The translations under genes and the position numbers were made by a program. 64,000 nt of DNA, from the NCBI RefSeq assembly GCF_009914755.1, contig NC_060934.1. One strand, written 5' to 3'. The notes under the pieces were generated by a model. The model saw nothing but the letters and a program-made list of their open reading frames with translations, did no database searches and was not told the DNA's origin. This stretch comes from the human T2T-CHM13v2.0 reference genome, Homo sapiens. Positions within the stretch are counted from its first letter, which is position 1. Each line of letters starts with the position of its first letter. Shown here in pieces: positions 42,191 to 57,868 of this stretch.

Positions 42191-43008
42191 TGGACTCTTA
42201 AAAAAAAAAAGTCCTCAATACCATTATCACAGCTAAAAGTATAGTAATATTACCATAACAATGTCAAATATCCAACTACTGTTCACATTTTGCCAATTCT
42301 TAATTTCATAGCAAAGCCCATGGCCTGTGGCTCAGAAAATCTGGTGAGGCTACGTGTTTCAGGACAGCGGAGACATCTACAATTCAGGCACACAGTACAA
42401 CGCCATATATGCCCCACTGTGCATATGCTGTGTGTATTTTCCAGTGTGCTGAGTCTATTTCTGGACTTCTGTGAGTTGCAAGTTCTGGTCTTGTGTTCAG
42501 GGGCTTTGCTCCCTGGCTCTCAGGAGCAGAGGCTAAGAGGTGTGCTCAGGTTAAAAGCTAGAAAACCGTAGGAATTTAACAGATGGAATAGATATGCCTG
42601 ATGTGCCTTGTCGGGTGCCGGTTGCCCGACAGGCTTGAGTTGCCCCTAATGGTAAAATTCTGGATGGAGTAAAGAGATACGATTTTAAACAGAGATGGGA
42701 TACAGGCGGACAAAAAGGAGAGAAGGCTGAATTTCTAGCTAATTTCGATATTGATTATAGGAGAACCAGTAGAAGATAGCCAGATAAAGAGGACACTGCA
42801 CATTCCTGCCTTTGTTCACATTATTCCCTTGGCCTAGGAAGAATTTTCCACTTCTCCACGGTTTGGGGAGCATCTCTTGTAGGTGCTAAGAGTGCAGGCT
42901 CTGGAGTAGGATCACTGGGGATCTAATCACAGTCCCACACTGACCAGCTGTGAGACCTGAGCACATCACCTGACTTCCCTGACTGTTTCCCAGTTTCGCA
43001 ACAGCAAT

Positions 43009-43531
43009 TGTCAGAGGTGTTTGAACCAGAGCAACTCCATCTTGAATAGGGGCAGGGGAAAATGAGGCTGAGAACTACTGGGCTGCTTTCCCAGATGCTT
43101 AAGCCATTCTAAGTCACAGGATGAGAGAGGAGGTCAAGACAAGACACAGGTCATAAAGACCTTGCTGATAAAACAGTTTGCAGTAAAGAGGCCAGCCAAA
43201 ATCCACCAAAACCAAGATGGTGATGAGAGTGACCTCTGGTCATCCTCACTACTACACTCCCATCTGCACCGTGACAGTTTACAAATGCCACGGCAATGTC
43301 AGGAAGTTACTCTATATGGTCTAAAAAGGGGAGGCATGAATAATCCACCCCTTGTTTATCATATTATCAAGAAATAACCATAAAAATGGGCTACTGTCTA
43401 TGAAGTAGCCATTCTTTTATTCCTCTACTTAATAAACTTGCTTTCACTTTATGGACTCACTCTGAATTCTTTCTTGTGTGAGATCCAAGAACCTTCTCTT
43501 GGGGTCTGGATCAGGACCCTTTCCTGTAACA
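43009..43531 (+). mobile_element. Solo ERV1 LTR MER41 (MER41A-type)
   Basis: tgtcagaggtgtttgaaccagagcaactccatcttgaatagg ... ggggtctggatcaggaccctttcctgtaaca. Confidence 0.85.
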
Positions 43532-44544
43532 CAGCCTTCTTCATGATGTTTTTGTGTGGATTCAATAACATGGATGCACAGCACTTAGCATGGTGCTTGA
43601 CACCCAGTAAGTGCTCAACAAACCTTGTGCTTGTACTGATGATGAGTTCTGTAAGTCAACTCACGTCACCTCCTTAAATATTTACCCTCCTCTGAATTCC
43701 CCAACTACTAACTCTCCATCAGTAGTGGTCACTGGGCACCCACCTAACAAGTCCAGCCTGGAAATGTCATCTTTGGCATCATCTTCTGCTTGTCCAATGT
43801 AGATTACCAACAGAGTCAGCTAACATCGCTCAGATTTGCTGGCTAAAAGAACTGCTGCCTACTCCAATTAGGTGAACACACCTCTCTCTAAATTTAAACC
43901 CAAGGCAATGTTCAGTTCAACTCGGTGTTTGCCATCTGAGACAACTCTGTCTGAAGCTTCATAGGTGTTTTCCATTAACAGGGCCAATCAGAGCCGTCTT
44001 ACTCTTTTAATTTACTTGCTTATCAAAACACACATACATGAGTATGTGTATATACATATATGTTATATATATGCACATATATAGCTATATAGTTGAAAGT
44101 GCACATGGACACACCCACTATAATTTAATGGACTTGGTGGTCCAATAATAACATTATAATTTATTTCAATTATTGACACAAAACAGGAGCAAACACCAAA
44201 AGATCAATAGCTCAGAGCTCACGTTTAGAGAGAACCAGAGTGGTCCATTTCCCCAAAATTAAACAGTAATGCTATAAAAACACACTGTGAGGATGCGGGT
44301 GGTTCACAGGCATAACAATCTATGTCTATGAAATGGAGAGGCTTGGGAGAGAGGAAAGGCCTGGAGCAGAGCAGCTGAGGAAGGGAGCAGGCTCTGGGGA
44401 CTAGCCCCATATCCCTTCCCCATCCTGCCCACTCTCCCTTCATCCAGCTCCCTGTTCTTCCAGCCCCCGAGCTGTTGTTTCACCGGTGATGTCTAAGGAA
44501 AATGTAAAATAAAAATTGCTTTTAAATGGTAAAGGAACTACAAA

Positions 44545-45216
44545 TGAAATTGCCTTTGCAAACATTGTAACAGTGAGAAAATTATGACAGCGAAAGAGAT
44601 TTGATCTGACCAACCCTCATCTTGCCTATAATCTCCAAACTGCCCTTCATCATTCCTGGGCTTGGACCAACAAACTTTGGGAGAAATTTAGTTTATAGTT
44701 TAAATGATAATAGCCCTCCCCAAAACTAAACCGCCTTTGTAAAGCTAATGAAAGGCCACCAGGTTAGGAGAATGAAAGGACCCTGAATTCTGCCAAGGTG
44801 TAGACATAAAGGATTACCAGCCATTATTCCAGAGGTCCTAAGATTTGCAACTCCTCCAATTACTACTGCAGATAACATTACTATTGTAGAACCTGAGACT
44901 GGCCTTTTGAGATGTCTTTTCAGGTTTTTGTGTTTCTGACAACCCATGGCTCCATCGGAACCCACCAACCCTGACTCTGCTGAGCCATCCTGCGGCCCCA
45001 CCTAGAAGCAGACTCCCTGGCCCTCCAAACTATCCTTGAAAAACGCTAGCCTCTGAATTTTCAGGGATATGGATTTGAGGATTAACTCTGTCTCCCACGT
45101 GATGTGGCCGGGCCTGCGTCCATTAAACTCTTTATTGCAATGCTGTGGTCTCAGTGAATTGTTTTTTTTTTTTTTTCTGTGTAGTGAGCAGGAAGAACCC
45201 ATCGGACGGCTCCACA
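44545..45216 (+). mobile_element. Solo ERV1 LTR (LTR8/LTR8A-like)
   Basis: tgaaattgcctttgcaaa...attatgacag...aaaactaaaccgcctttgtaaagctaatgaaaggccacc ... gaagaacccatcggacggctccaca. Confidence 0.8.
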
Positions 45217-45713
45217 GATGGACAGTTTTTGCCATGGGGAGAGCAGATGGTTGCGTGTGAAAGACAGTATAAAATTTTTGACAAGAGGGGAAGAGAGACA
45301 GGGTGGATAGATATAAGCTAAAGACGAACTAAATGAAAATATTCACCTGGACCTCGCATTCTCCTCCACTGAGGGACGCTGCTGGCCTTCTTCCAGTCCT
45401 GGGCTCTCTGAGGCCCCTCCCAGTAGCCCAGTCTAAAGGGGATGCTCACATTTGCCACATCTCTCCCAAGAAGAAAAACCTAGTTAAGAGACCTGACTGC
45501 ATTTTACCTATCCCATAAAGCCTTCCTCACTTACCCTTAACGAAACATACTGTGCTTGAAACATTAAGTCTGTGTAATCCTGTCACTCCTGGCATCTGTA
45601 TTGCCTAGAATTGTTCTCCAGCAGTTTGCCATCTGTAAATCTGGTCTTTCCATTTTTCTTTGAGGGCAGAGACATGCCTTCCAGTCACAGACTTAGACAG
45701 CTGGAAATACCCT

Positions 45714-46310
45714 TGTCGACTAAAAGAGTCAAACTCTGTAAAATATTTGAAGAGATTTATTCTGGGCCAAATACAAGTGACCAATGGCCCGAGATACAAC
45801 CCTGAGGAGATTCTGAGAACATGTGTCCAAGGTGGTCAGGCCACAACTTGGTTTCATACATTTTAGGGAAACATAAGATATCAATCAATACATGTAAGAT
45901 GCACAGTGGTTCAGTTCAGAAAGGTGGGACAACTGGAAGCAGGCAGCCATAGTTAGATTCAGAGATTTTCTGATTGGGAGTTGGTTGAATGAGTTAAGTT
46001 ATTGACTATAAGACTTAGGAATGTCTGGATTAAGACAAGGGGTTGTGGAGACCAAGGTTTTATCATGTAGGTGAAGCCTCCAGGTAGCAGACTTCAGAGA
46101 GAGACTAGATTGTAAATGTTTCTTATCAGACTTAAACAGTCTGATCTATCAGTAATTCCAAATGGGAAGAGGGCTTAATGAGGCATGTCCGACCCTCCCT
46201 TCCCATCATGGCCCAGACTAGTTTTTCAGGTTAGGTTTGGAATGCTCTTTGCTGAGAGACAGGGGTCTATTCAGATGGTTGGGGGCTTAGAATTTTATTT
46301 TTCATTTACA
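45714..46310 (-). mobile_element. Solo ERV1 LTR (MER4A/B-like)
   Basis: TG...CA termini with a perfect 4-bp TSD CCCT (45710-45713, 46311-46314). The reverse complement starts TGTAAATGAAAAATAAAATTCTAAGCCCCCAACCATCTGAAT. Confidence 0.85.
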
Positions 46311-47943
46311 CCCTGAAAGGTCATCTAAGGTAGAGTTTCCCAGACCCTGGGCTTTGGACCCAGGCAGAGTGAAGATGGGTCCAATCTGTGGCCAAATGAG
46401 AAGCCCAGGACAACCAAGAAGTGTTTTTGGGAAGCTAAAGCTATTCAATTTCAAGGACAGTCTCATCTCAGATTATGTCCTCATTATATTTTTAAATTGT
46501 TATTGTTCATAAGGTATCCTTTCATTTAAAAGATAATATAGTGATGACATCTTAGTTGACAAAAGAGTCAGAGACTTCATTTTAAACCCCTGCATCTTAA
46601 AAATTATAGTGGTATATAAACTGTAAATCTGAGAACCACCAATTTCATCAAATCTTGCAGATTCTCCCCACCGCATTTCAGGGTAATTAGCCCTTAATAA
46701 ATGTTATTCAAAGTGACTTGAATATTTACAAGTCAAATTGAAAGCTTTGGAAGACCGTGGATTGTGGTGTAATCTCCGTGCTACTAGAAGCTAAGGATCT
46801 GCCAAATGAAAATGTGTTTTCATTTCAAATTCACACACATCCCAACACCTCTCAGTGTTGGAATCCTACCTGTTTGTGTGCATTTTACTGCAATCTACCC
46901 AGGCAGGTGCTATCTTTGGCTTCACTCTGGCAATGCAAAATCATGAGATTTTCATCTTTTTCCTCCCCAGGTAGCCATTTAATGATATCAGAACCTAGGA
47001 TCTTTCATGATATTTCAAAGAAACAAAAAACTTCAAAATCAGTCTTCGATAGATGGATTAGACGCTGTGACTGTAAAAATACCAAAATATATTTGCCTTA
47101 CTCTGTTTGGTTCAGATCAGAGTGAGTTCTGGGGCTACATCATGATGTAGATGGTTCCCTGCTTCAGTGAGGGGAGTGGCAATTCATCTACTTCACGTTT
47201 GTTTCCTGGTCCATGATTCAAACAAATTCACACATTTGACAACATCTGCCGCTGCATGGAAACCAACAACTCTCTGCAACACAGATCAAAACGTCCATTT
47301 AGGGAAAGCACCTGGTTTAACATCTGCCTTGTTTATGCAAAGAAAGCTCTGATTTGAAATGACTTTCTAAACTCAGTGCTTTTTAAATATTGGCTGTCCC
47401 AGTTAACTCCCAGGGGAAGTCAGCAGTAGAGGATGGGGAGGGAGATGAGTGTGAAGAGAGGGCAACAAAGCTGTTATTGCAGTTTTATCTTCTTCATCCC
47501 AAAAGGATATTAGAGTTTATTTTCTTGTGGCCTTTGATGAACTGCAGTTACCAAATGTCTGCATCAGATGCATATGTGAGTATTTTAAGACTAAATAATG
47601 AAAGGGATTTGTTTTCATTGTAGAAACAATATTAATATTCAATGTATATGGGATTTTTAGAGATGTCCCTACTCCCATCATCCTTGCCTGATATTTTTTT
47701 CATGTGTAATAATAGTAGAGGGATTCCAATTACCATGGTAACCCAAACAGCATTTGAATGGCCTGCCCAGTGTTTATGATAAAACAACAAATTGCAGGTG
47801 TTAATTCTGAAAGACAAGCGTTCTTAGGAAGAAAATTTTTTTTTTTGTTCTAATGCCTGCTAAGCATTGAGTTCTATTAACTTCCTTCCCAGGGATATCC
47901 ACAGCAAAGCAAATACAAATCTGAGTTGGTAAATATTAGGAGT

Positions 47944-48245
47944 GGCCGGGTGCGGTGGCTCATGCCTGTAATCCCAGCACTTTGGGAGGCCAAGGCGAGA
48001 GGATCACTTGAGCCCAGGAATTTGAGACCAGCCTAGGAAACATGGCGAAACCCCGTCTCTACCAAAAGTATACAAAAATTAGCAAGGCTTGGTGACACAC
48101 CCGTGTAGTCCCAGCTACTCAGGAGAGATGGGAAGATTGCTTAAACCTGGGAGATGGAGGTTGCAGTAAGCTGAGACTGTACCACTGTACTCCAGCCTGG
48201 GGAACAGAGTGAGACCCTGTCTCAAAAAAAAAAAAGAAAAAAAAA
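47944..48245 (+). mobile_element. Alu (AluJb-like)
   Basis: Full Alu. TSD ttaggagt. Confidence 0.9.
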
Positions 48246-49077
48246 GTTAGGAGTGCTGTGATTTCACGGGAGGAGGTATCCCAACGGCCTGGGTTTGCAG
48301 CATCTTGGAAACCTAGATTCCTGCCAGGAGAGGTCAGGTCTGCGCTCTCACGTTTTCATTCCTCTCACGCAGAGACTGCTGGAGCAGTAGCTAGTGTCAG
48401 ACTGCCTGGCCTCAGATGCTGGCTCTGCCATTTATTAGCTTTGTGGCCCTGGGCAAAGCAGTTAACCTCTCTGAACCTCAGTTCTGTCATCTGTAAAACA
48501 GGGACAAAAATAACACTTACTTCATAGGGTCATGGTGAAGATTCAAATGAGAAAAAAGTCCGATGCCTGGAACAGAGTGACTGCAACATGTGTTAATCTT
48601 ATCTTTATTTGGTGGTGTCACCTGAAAGGACTGGGCTTAGAGGCAGGCCCTTCATGCTACCTAAACTCACCCAGAGAAGATCATGAATTCCCACATAAAG
48701 GATCATGAACAGCAGTGTCACCCTGTAGAAAGCCACTTATGAGGCATCCCTGAGGACAGCAGGCAGGTGACGGAGGCAGCCCCCATCACATCCTTAGTCC
48801 TAGCTTTATTAGTGACTGGACAGAGACCCAGAGGGCTGGGCAGGAGAGTTGGGGAAAGAAGGAAAAGCAAGAGGAAATCAGTTATTTTAGTTGGAATGAT
48901 AACCTGCTACTCATTCCCCAGGTGCATTCTTGCCTCAGACAGGCACGCATCAAAGAGTTAGAGCAAAATGGTATGGAACAGAAGTTCTGGCTTCATAAGA
49001 ATTGCTAACATGGTCATTTGCCTAATGGTTACTGGCTTCTATTTCCACAGTGAGAAGTAGTCATTGGTGCCAACTCA

Positions 49078-49731
49078 CCACGGTTTGTGTCCCCCCAGAT
49101 TTCATATGTGGAAACCTATCCCCAGTGGGAGGGTATTTGGAGCTGGAGCCTTTGGGAGGTGATTAGGCCATGTGGGTGGAGCCCCATGAAGGGGATTAGT
49201 GCCCTTATGAAAGAGGCCCCAGAGAGCTCCCTCACCCTTCTGCTATATAAGGATGCCACGAGAAGTCTCCATCCTAAAAGTGGGCATTAACTAGAATACA
49301 ACGGTGCTGCCACCCTGATCTCATACCTCCAGCCTCCAGAACCGTAAGAAATAAATTTCTGGACTAGGCTCAGTGTCTCATGCCTGTAATCCCAGTACTT
49401 TGGCAGGCCAAGGTGGGAGGATCGCTTGAGATCCAGAGTTCAGGACAAGCCTGGGCAGCATAGCAAGATCCCATCTCTAGAAAAAATTAGCCAGGTATGG
49501 GAGGGCACATCTGTAGTCCCAGATACTCAGGAGGCTGAGGCGCGAGGACCACTTTAGGCCTGGAGTTTGAGGTTGAAGTAAACTATGCTTGTGTGCCACT
49601 GCACTCCAGCCTGAGCAACAGAAGGAGACTCTATCTAAAAACAAAAATTTTTTTAGAGAAAGAAATTCCTGTCTTTTATAAGCCCTCCAGTCTATGTTGT
49701 TTTATTAAACCAGCCATAGCTGAATAAAACA
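49078..49731 (+). mobile_element. MaLR solo LTR (MLT1A-like) interrupted by an AluJ (49361-49647)
   Basis: gtttgtgtccccccagatttcatatg...cctttgggaggtgattagg...cagcctccagaaccgtaagaaataaatttct [Alu] tataagccctccagtctatg. The Alu TSD resembles agaaa(t/g)aaatt(t/c)ct. Confidence 0.8.
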
Positions 49732-49794
49732 ACTGAGGACACACTGTAAGAAGGAAAAGTGATTTATTCTCCCCAAAGCCATTCAGGACTTTTC

Positions 49795-49798
<4 letters not shown>

Positions 49799-49844
<46 letters not shown>
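49799..49844 (+). repeat. (AC)n microsatellite
   Basis: Read directly from the sequence. Confidence 0.97.
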
Positions 49845-49847
<3 letters not shown>

Positions 49848-50507
49848 AGTAGCAAAGGAGCATAAAAAGTTCTGAGTTGAGGTCAGCCCTGCTTCCGAGT
49901 TAGCCCCTGCTTTGTAGCTTGTGCAGGATAAACACGAATAAACTATGAACTCCTGGGGGCTGAACAGCCACTTCTTTACCTGCAATCCTGTCTCCGCTTT
50001 TGGAAAAAAAGTTTGTGTTCCCTGTCAAAGTGTCAGAAGAGAGGTTTCTAGGCTGTGGAAAAGTAATTAAAAGCTTATTACAGTTGGCAAGAAAATCACT
50101 TTCAAAAGGGATTTCAATTTATTTAAACACAGTAACTTTGTAAATTCCAAGAAAATTCAATTATACAAACGTGAAAAAAATAAGAGAGAATCAGAGTCTC
50201 AATTCAGACTTTAGTCAAAAGGAAATCTTGCCGCCGTGTCTTTTGCCTTCTCTTTATTTCCTGTACAGTTTGTCTCTTTTAAGATTGCAGAGACTACGAC
50301 AGTAAAGGATAGGGATTTTCTTTACTATTCACTTTCATTTAAATTGTTCACAACCCCTCTGTACCAGGGAGACATAGTCTAGTGGGAAAAAACATTTCTC
50401 ATTGTGCGTCTCCACGGCTGGCTGGGCCGGGCTAGTTTATTTTCAGGAATAAGCAGATGTTCCAATTATTACTTAGCAGCCAAGATGTAAAGAAAGAGGT
50501 GTTTCAA

Positions 50508-50509
<2 letters not shown>

Positions 50510-50562
<53 letters not shown>
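50510..50562 (+). repeat. (TG)n microsatellite
   Basis: Read directly from the sequence. Confidence 0.97.
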
Positions 50563-50565
<3 letters not shown>

Positions 50566-51532
50566 GGCTTGTTAAAGCTGCAAAGACAAAGCATCCTCTC
50601 ACTTTACATTTTTAAAAGAATGATGGAATTCTAGGTAAAATATATATTCAGAATGAACCATAGTTAGTTACACATGGGTAGGGAATTAAATTCTCACATT
50701 GAGTGATTATCTGTTTCGTTCATAATGACCTATCATAAATTATGAGGAGATTACTTAGTCTATGAGTAAACTCAATGCATGAAGGACCCCCACCCATTGG
50801 CACCATTAATCTCGTCTTTACAGCAATATTCCATAACGGCATTGAAGGATGGCAGAGTCATGGACTGATTTTTCTGTCTTACCTTCACCCTGAATCTAAG
50901 GCAGCTACTCCAAAATTCCAGAAACCCCCTCAATACTTCCTAGACCAATGGCAAAGTTCCCTACTTCCCAATAATATATTGTCCCTTCACTTTATGAATT
51001 CTGAGTGCCTTTTCCTCACCTGTAAAATTGGCTTAGTGATACTTATGGGAGAGGGTTGTAGGAATTTAATGGAAAATATCTGGAAGGGCCTTGGCCCTGG
51101 CAAACTGCCCTTCCTTCCCCTCCTCTGTCCTGCAATCACTCTTCCTCCCTATGGTCTTAGAATCGCCTCCTCTAATGGAGTTGTTGCTGGTGAGTCAACC
51201 GGATCTACAGATTCACTGTGAATGTGATTGTTCACTGCCCTGGGTAGCTCCTACTAGAAACTAAGGGTTTTGTTTGGCTTTGTTTAAATAAAATATCAAC
51301 TGAGTCAATGTGCTTCTGCAGAAAGAGTCGTGGGTTTGAGCACATCAGGAGCGGGTTTTATGCTAGTAAACTCATTTACAAGGACTTTATTGGATTCCAT
51401 TTAGACAGGGCTCCACAAGGGGCAAACCAGATAATCACCCATTAGCTGGAGAGCAGCGGCCACCTGAGACAGAGGACCCTAGGTTGACAGAGCGACAAAT
51501 GCCACTGTAGCTGCCTCTGTGCAAAGAGATGA

Positions 51533-52132
<600 letters not shown>

Positions 52133-52315
52133 TAAACCGACAAAAGCCTCAGTTATTATTTCTTTCTGAGTGTAAATAACACAATTTGCTTCAGGAGTGC
52201 AGGGAGACACATGCTGCCTAAGAACATATACATGAACTTCCCATGTTAAAGAATAGGTACATAAAATAGATAATAGACTTCATAAACTCCCTCTGCACCT
52301 AAGAATCACAGCCTA

Positions 52316-52657
<342 letters not shown>

Positions 52658-53074
52658 TCAGGCAAGAGTAAGTTGGGATAAACACTGAATACATGCAATG
52701 CATTTGTTGCTGGGAGACAAAGATGAGATTACATAGTCTTGGGCTTCAAGGAGCTCTCAGTGCGGCAGGATAGAGGAGGTAAATTCACACAGAGTGTTGC
52801 AATCATCCCTGTAGTCCTGTGAGGATGCCTCCTTGGGAGCACAGAGAAGCCTGGGTCTTGAAGGATGTTTTCCAAAAGGTCGAGAGAAAGAAAGGTTTCC
52901 CAAGTCTCCCGCAGCACAAGTGGAAGGTGCAGGAGTCCATCCCGAGGAGCAGCGCTCCAGGAGACAGTGTGGCTCATAGTCCAGTGGGTCATCTGGGGCC
53001 ACTTCTCCCCTCGCCAGACAGGATGCTGTGGTCTTAAGGGGCTAAATGCATTTTGTTGACTAACAGACATTTAA

Positions 53075-53415
<341 letters not shown>

Positions 53416-54358
53416 AATAAACATCAAACCTAAATAGTTACTGTCCTGGAAGCATCTATGAGAAAAGGCGGGGGACTGTCTGAGGTTAGGCAACAAGTAC
53501 ACATTTATTTGGGGTGTGGGTTGCTTAGGTGAGGCCCCTGGGGCCAGAGCGAATTTCCCCAGCACCTCTTCTTCACACTGGAAGTCTTGACCCTTGGCCA
53601 TTGAAGGCTGGAACCCTGGTTCTGTACAAAGAATACCACACAAAAGAGAAGTCTGCGATGGAAAATTTTACTTAACTAAAAACTATGATTTCTTACAAAC
53701 AGGTAAGATTGGAACAAGTGCAGTTTTAGGGGCAGCCATAGGTTCAGGAACCCTCAAGTGTTACAAGCTGTAAGAAATGTTCAGATGCATTTAACAAAGG
53801 GGGATAAAACCTTGCTCAATTTATTATGCTGCAAGTAAGTAAAAATCTAGAGAAATCATTTTATGCACTTAGATCTATTTCATTTAGAGTCAATAAATGT
53901 TCAGTCACATAAACTAATTCGTGAGTTTACCACAGAGCACATTAAAAATCATCTGTTTCCATTTCAGACATAACTACATGAAATCCTGCCCTGCTTGTCA
54001 CCAGCTTCTACCAGTATCAGTTCTTCTGTAAATCCATCGCTTTGTCTCTGTTACTATTGCCACTCACCTTAGTCATGGCCCTAATTTCGACGTGGAATGT
54101 TGCAATAGTGATACTAAGTTAGTTAAGGTTCTTTGGTTGCAAGTAATGAAAATAAACTTAAACTATCGTAAAGAAAGAAAACTGGGTAGAATACTGCAAT
54201 AGCGCATAGAATCCAACCCCAGGAACATTCAGAACTTGAGAAGGGCAGGGATCAGGGTGATTTGATGATGTTAGCCACGAGAGTTTATGTTTGTTCCCTC
54301 TGGAGCCCTACCATCCATCACTTGACTCAGCTCCCAATTCCCAGTCTCTGTCTCTTGA

Positions 54359-54760
<402 letters not shown>

Positions 54761-55109
54761 TAGTATAAATAAGGTTCCCAGTCCCCACGCCCATAGATCA
54801 GGGACAAACGTCAGGAAAAGGCAATGGTTCATGGCATGGCTGGCATCTCAATAGGTGCCACTAGTTGCCTAACGTGTGCAAACACACACACGCTTTCTCT
54901 CTCCACAGGTGATTCACTCCCTCAAGCATTCATCTAGCCAACAGGCATTTATCCAGTACCCACGATGTCTGACCCTTGAGACATAATGGGAAGTAAAAAG
55001 AGGCTCAGTTCCAGTTGTCATGGGGATATTCCTAAGTGGAGAGAAGACAATAAAACAAACCAATGTAAAATTGCAATTTTAATATGTCATATATTTTCAA
55101 CAAAGCTGA

Positions 55110-55278
55110 AAGAGAAGAATTTGAATGTTCTCACCACAAAGAACGGATAAATGTTTGAGGTGATGGAAATGCCAATTACCTAGGTTAGATCATCACACAA
55201 TGTATTCGTGTATTAAAACATCATACTGCACTCCATAAGTTTGCAAAATTATTATGTGTCAATTAAAAATAAAATAAA
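55110..55278 (+). mobile_element. L1MA-type 3' end
   Basis: ttgaatgttctcaccacaaagaa..gataaatgtttgaggtgatgga...gtcaattaaaaataaaataaa. Confidence 0.75.
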
Positions 55279-55414
55279 GGAAGGAAGGGAGGGAGGCAGG
55301 GAGGGAGGGAAGGAGGGAGGAAGGAGAGAAAGAGGGAGAAAGGGAGGGAAGGAGGAAGGCAGAGAGGAAGGAGGAAGGCAGGAAGGAAAGAAGGAAGGAA
55401 GGAAGGAAGGAAAA
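55279..55414 (+). repeat. GA-rich (GGAA/GGGA) low-complexity tract directly after the L1 tail
   Basis: Read directly from the sequence. Confidence 0.9.
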
Positions 55415-57267
55415 GAGTGCTTGCTATGTGACCTTACAAGACCCTATGATAAAGACGTTACTTTCCTGATAACTTAAGAGAGAAGGATAAGAGTAACTCA
55501 GGTATAATGGGGAAAACGTGTTCCCGGAATGGGAACTGTGTATGTAAACACCTGTGGGGGATAGAAGCCGCTCTAGCAAAAGTGATTTACAATGTTTGAG
55601 TTTTGTAGGTGTCTAATCATTAATGAACCAATAGTCCTGCCTATCGTGTTCATTGCTATCTCCTGGCTGCCACAGCAGGGCTTGGCCCCTGGCCATCAGG
55701 CCTCATAAAGGAGTAGACAGCAAGGGGGAATTTGTGTCAAGGTGGAGATGGAGACAGGGCGAGCACAGGACCTGCAGGGCTTTGGAGAGCTTTCTAAGGG
55801 GTTGTGTCTTTGTCTTAAAAGAAATGAGAATAGAGTGTGGATTTGCATATTGAAAGGATATCATCAATGTAATTTGTATCATAAATGTAAACCCATGTTA
55901 TAAAATGATAAAACATTTTGTCAATTTTTTAAAAAACCATCAAAGAAATAATGAAAGTGTGGAGAAGTGATTGGAGAGGGTTCAGAGTAGAAGCAGTGCC
56001 CTCTGGGAGGCTATGACCATGGTCCAGAGGAGCATGACAGCATCTTGGACCAGGGTGGCAATGGCAGACATGCATTTAACCAGCAACACCACACCCTACA
56101 CCAAACAGGGAAGACACGAAGAAGACAGAGAAAATCATAGTATTCCTTTTCTAAACTGGCAAAAAAACTTTCTTGTTCAAGTTCTAGTAGGAGAAAGTGG
56201 ACAGAAAACAAGTTTTTTCTGCTCCCTCTCAGCCAGATTCCATTGAAGGTAGAGAAAAGTTGAGGAATTAACCCACAACAGTCTTAAGAACAAGGGAAGG
56301 GTATTGTCAATGAACCCAGAATGTACGTGTTTCTGAAAGAAGAAAAACAGAGACACTGAAACCGCGTAGAGAAAATAAATAGCGGTGTGAACTGGCCTGG
56401 GAGAAGGTGGAGCAGAGGAAGGAGACTGTCTTCCTAGCAGAAGTTCAGCAAGATCTAAACTCTGACCTGGCAGGTTATGGGGACCAGAAGTGAGGAGGGA
56501 TCAGCAATCTGGGTAATTGAGTGCATGTCACCCAAACACCTGTGCAGCTGTGCAGGTGGCCCTTGCCCCTCACTGCCCCGCAAACACCTGCCCAGTGACT
56601 CTCTAAAGCAGCCCAGGCCCAAGCAAAAATGGACAGTATAGCCTTTAAAGAAATTAAACAACCTATGACCACCCTGTATAGAGCTGTGGTCATTTGGTCA
56701 TGGTAGATGTGCACTCGATACATCCCACCCGCAGAACCGTCACTCAGCCTCCCATTTATGGGAGAGCTCTTCAGAGATAACATTTATCCCAACTGCAAGT
56801 GAAACCCATACCTGCTACTAGATTGACCTAAGCTTTTGTATGGCTGTGTGAACAAAACTGACAAATAAAAAGGTGCACCAACTCAACCAAGAAACACCAA
56901 AAGTGCAGGGATTGTGTGTGATGAACTAACAGAACAGATCCCAGAAGAAGCAGATAATTCAGGAGTGAGAAAGAACACACAAAACTCTAATGAGTGTCAT
57001 TAAGGCAATTTAAGAAGTCATTGTACTAGAGAGTGTCAAGACTATATTTCGTTTATAAGATACAAAAACTAATATGGAAATAATTATGGTTGCTGAAATT
57101 TAAAAATAAAGCAATAGATAACAATAAAAAGTTGAGGAAATCTCTAAAAGTAGGAAAAAATAGACAATAAGATGGAAAATGCAAGAGAAAATTATACAAT
57201 CAAGCCAAGAGGTCCAAGAAAATACAACAGAAAAAAACAGGAGGTTAAAAAAAAATCATCACAGAGA

Positions 57268-57442
57268 ATGGGATGGGGGTATGGGATAAAAAACTACATA
57301 CAGGGTACAATATATACTACCCTGGTGATGTGTGCACTAAAATCTCACCACTTTATAATTCATCTATGTAACCCAAAACTACTTGTATCCCAAAAGCTAT
57401 TGAAAAATTTTTTTAATCTGTAATTAAAAAAAAAAAATAAAA
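57268..57442 (+). mobile_element. 5'-truncated L1 3' end (L1MA-type)
   Basis: gggataaaaaactacatacagggtacaatatatactac...gcactaaaatctca...cttgtatcccaaaagctattgaaa followed by an A tail. Confidence 0.75.
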
Positions 57443-57449
57443 GATCTTT

Positions 57450-57868
<419 letters not shown>

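Noticed and set aside
43009-43531. MER41 as an interferon-gamma/STAT1-inducible enhancer beside an autoantigen gene
   Set aside because: This copy reads aaaaaggggaggcatgaataatccacccc (~43323-43351). It lacks the segment with tandem GAS (TTCCGGGAA-type) motifs found in MER41B, so it is the MER41A-type that lacks them.
51411-51424. CTCF-like CCACAAGGGGCA
   Set aside because: It is one base short of the CCASYAGRKGGCR core spacing.
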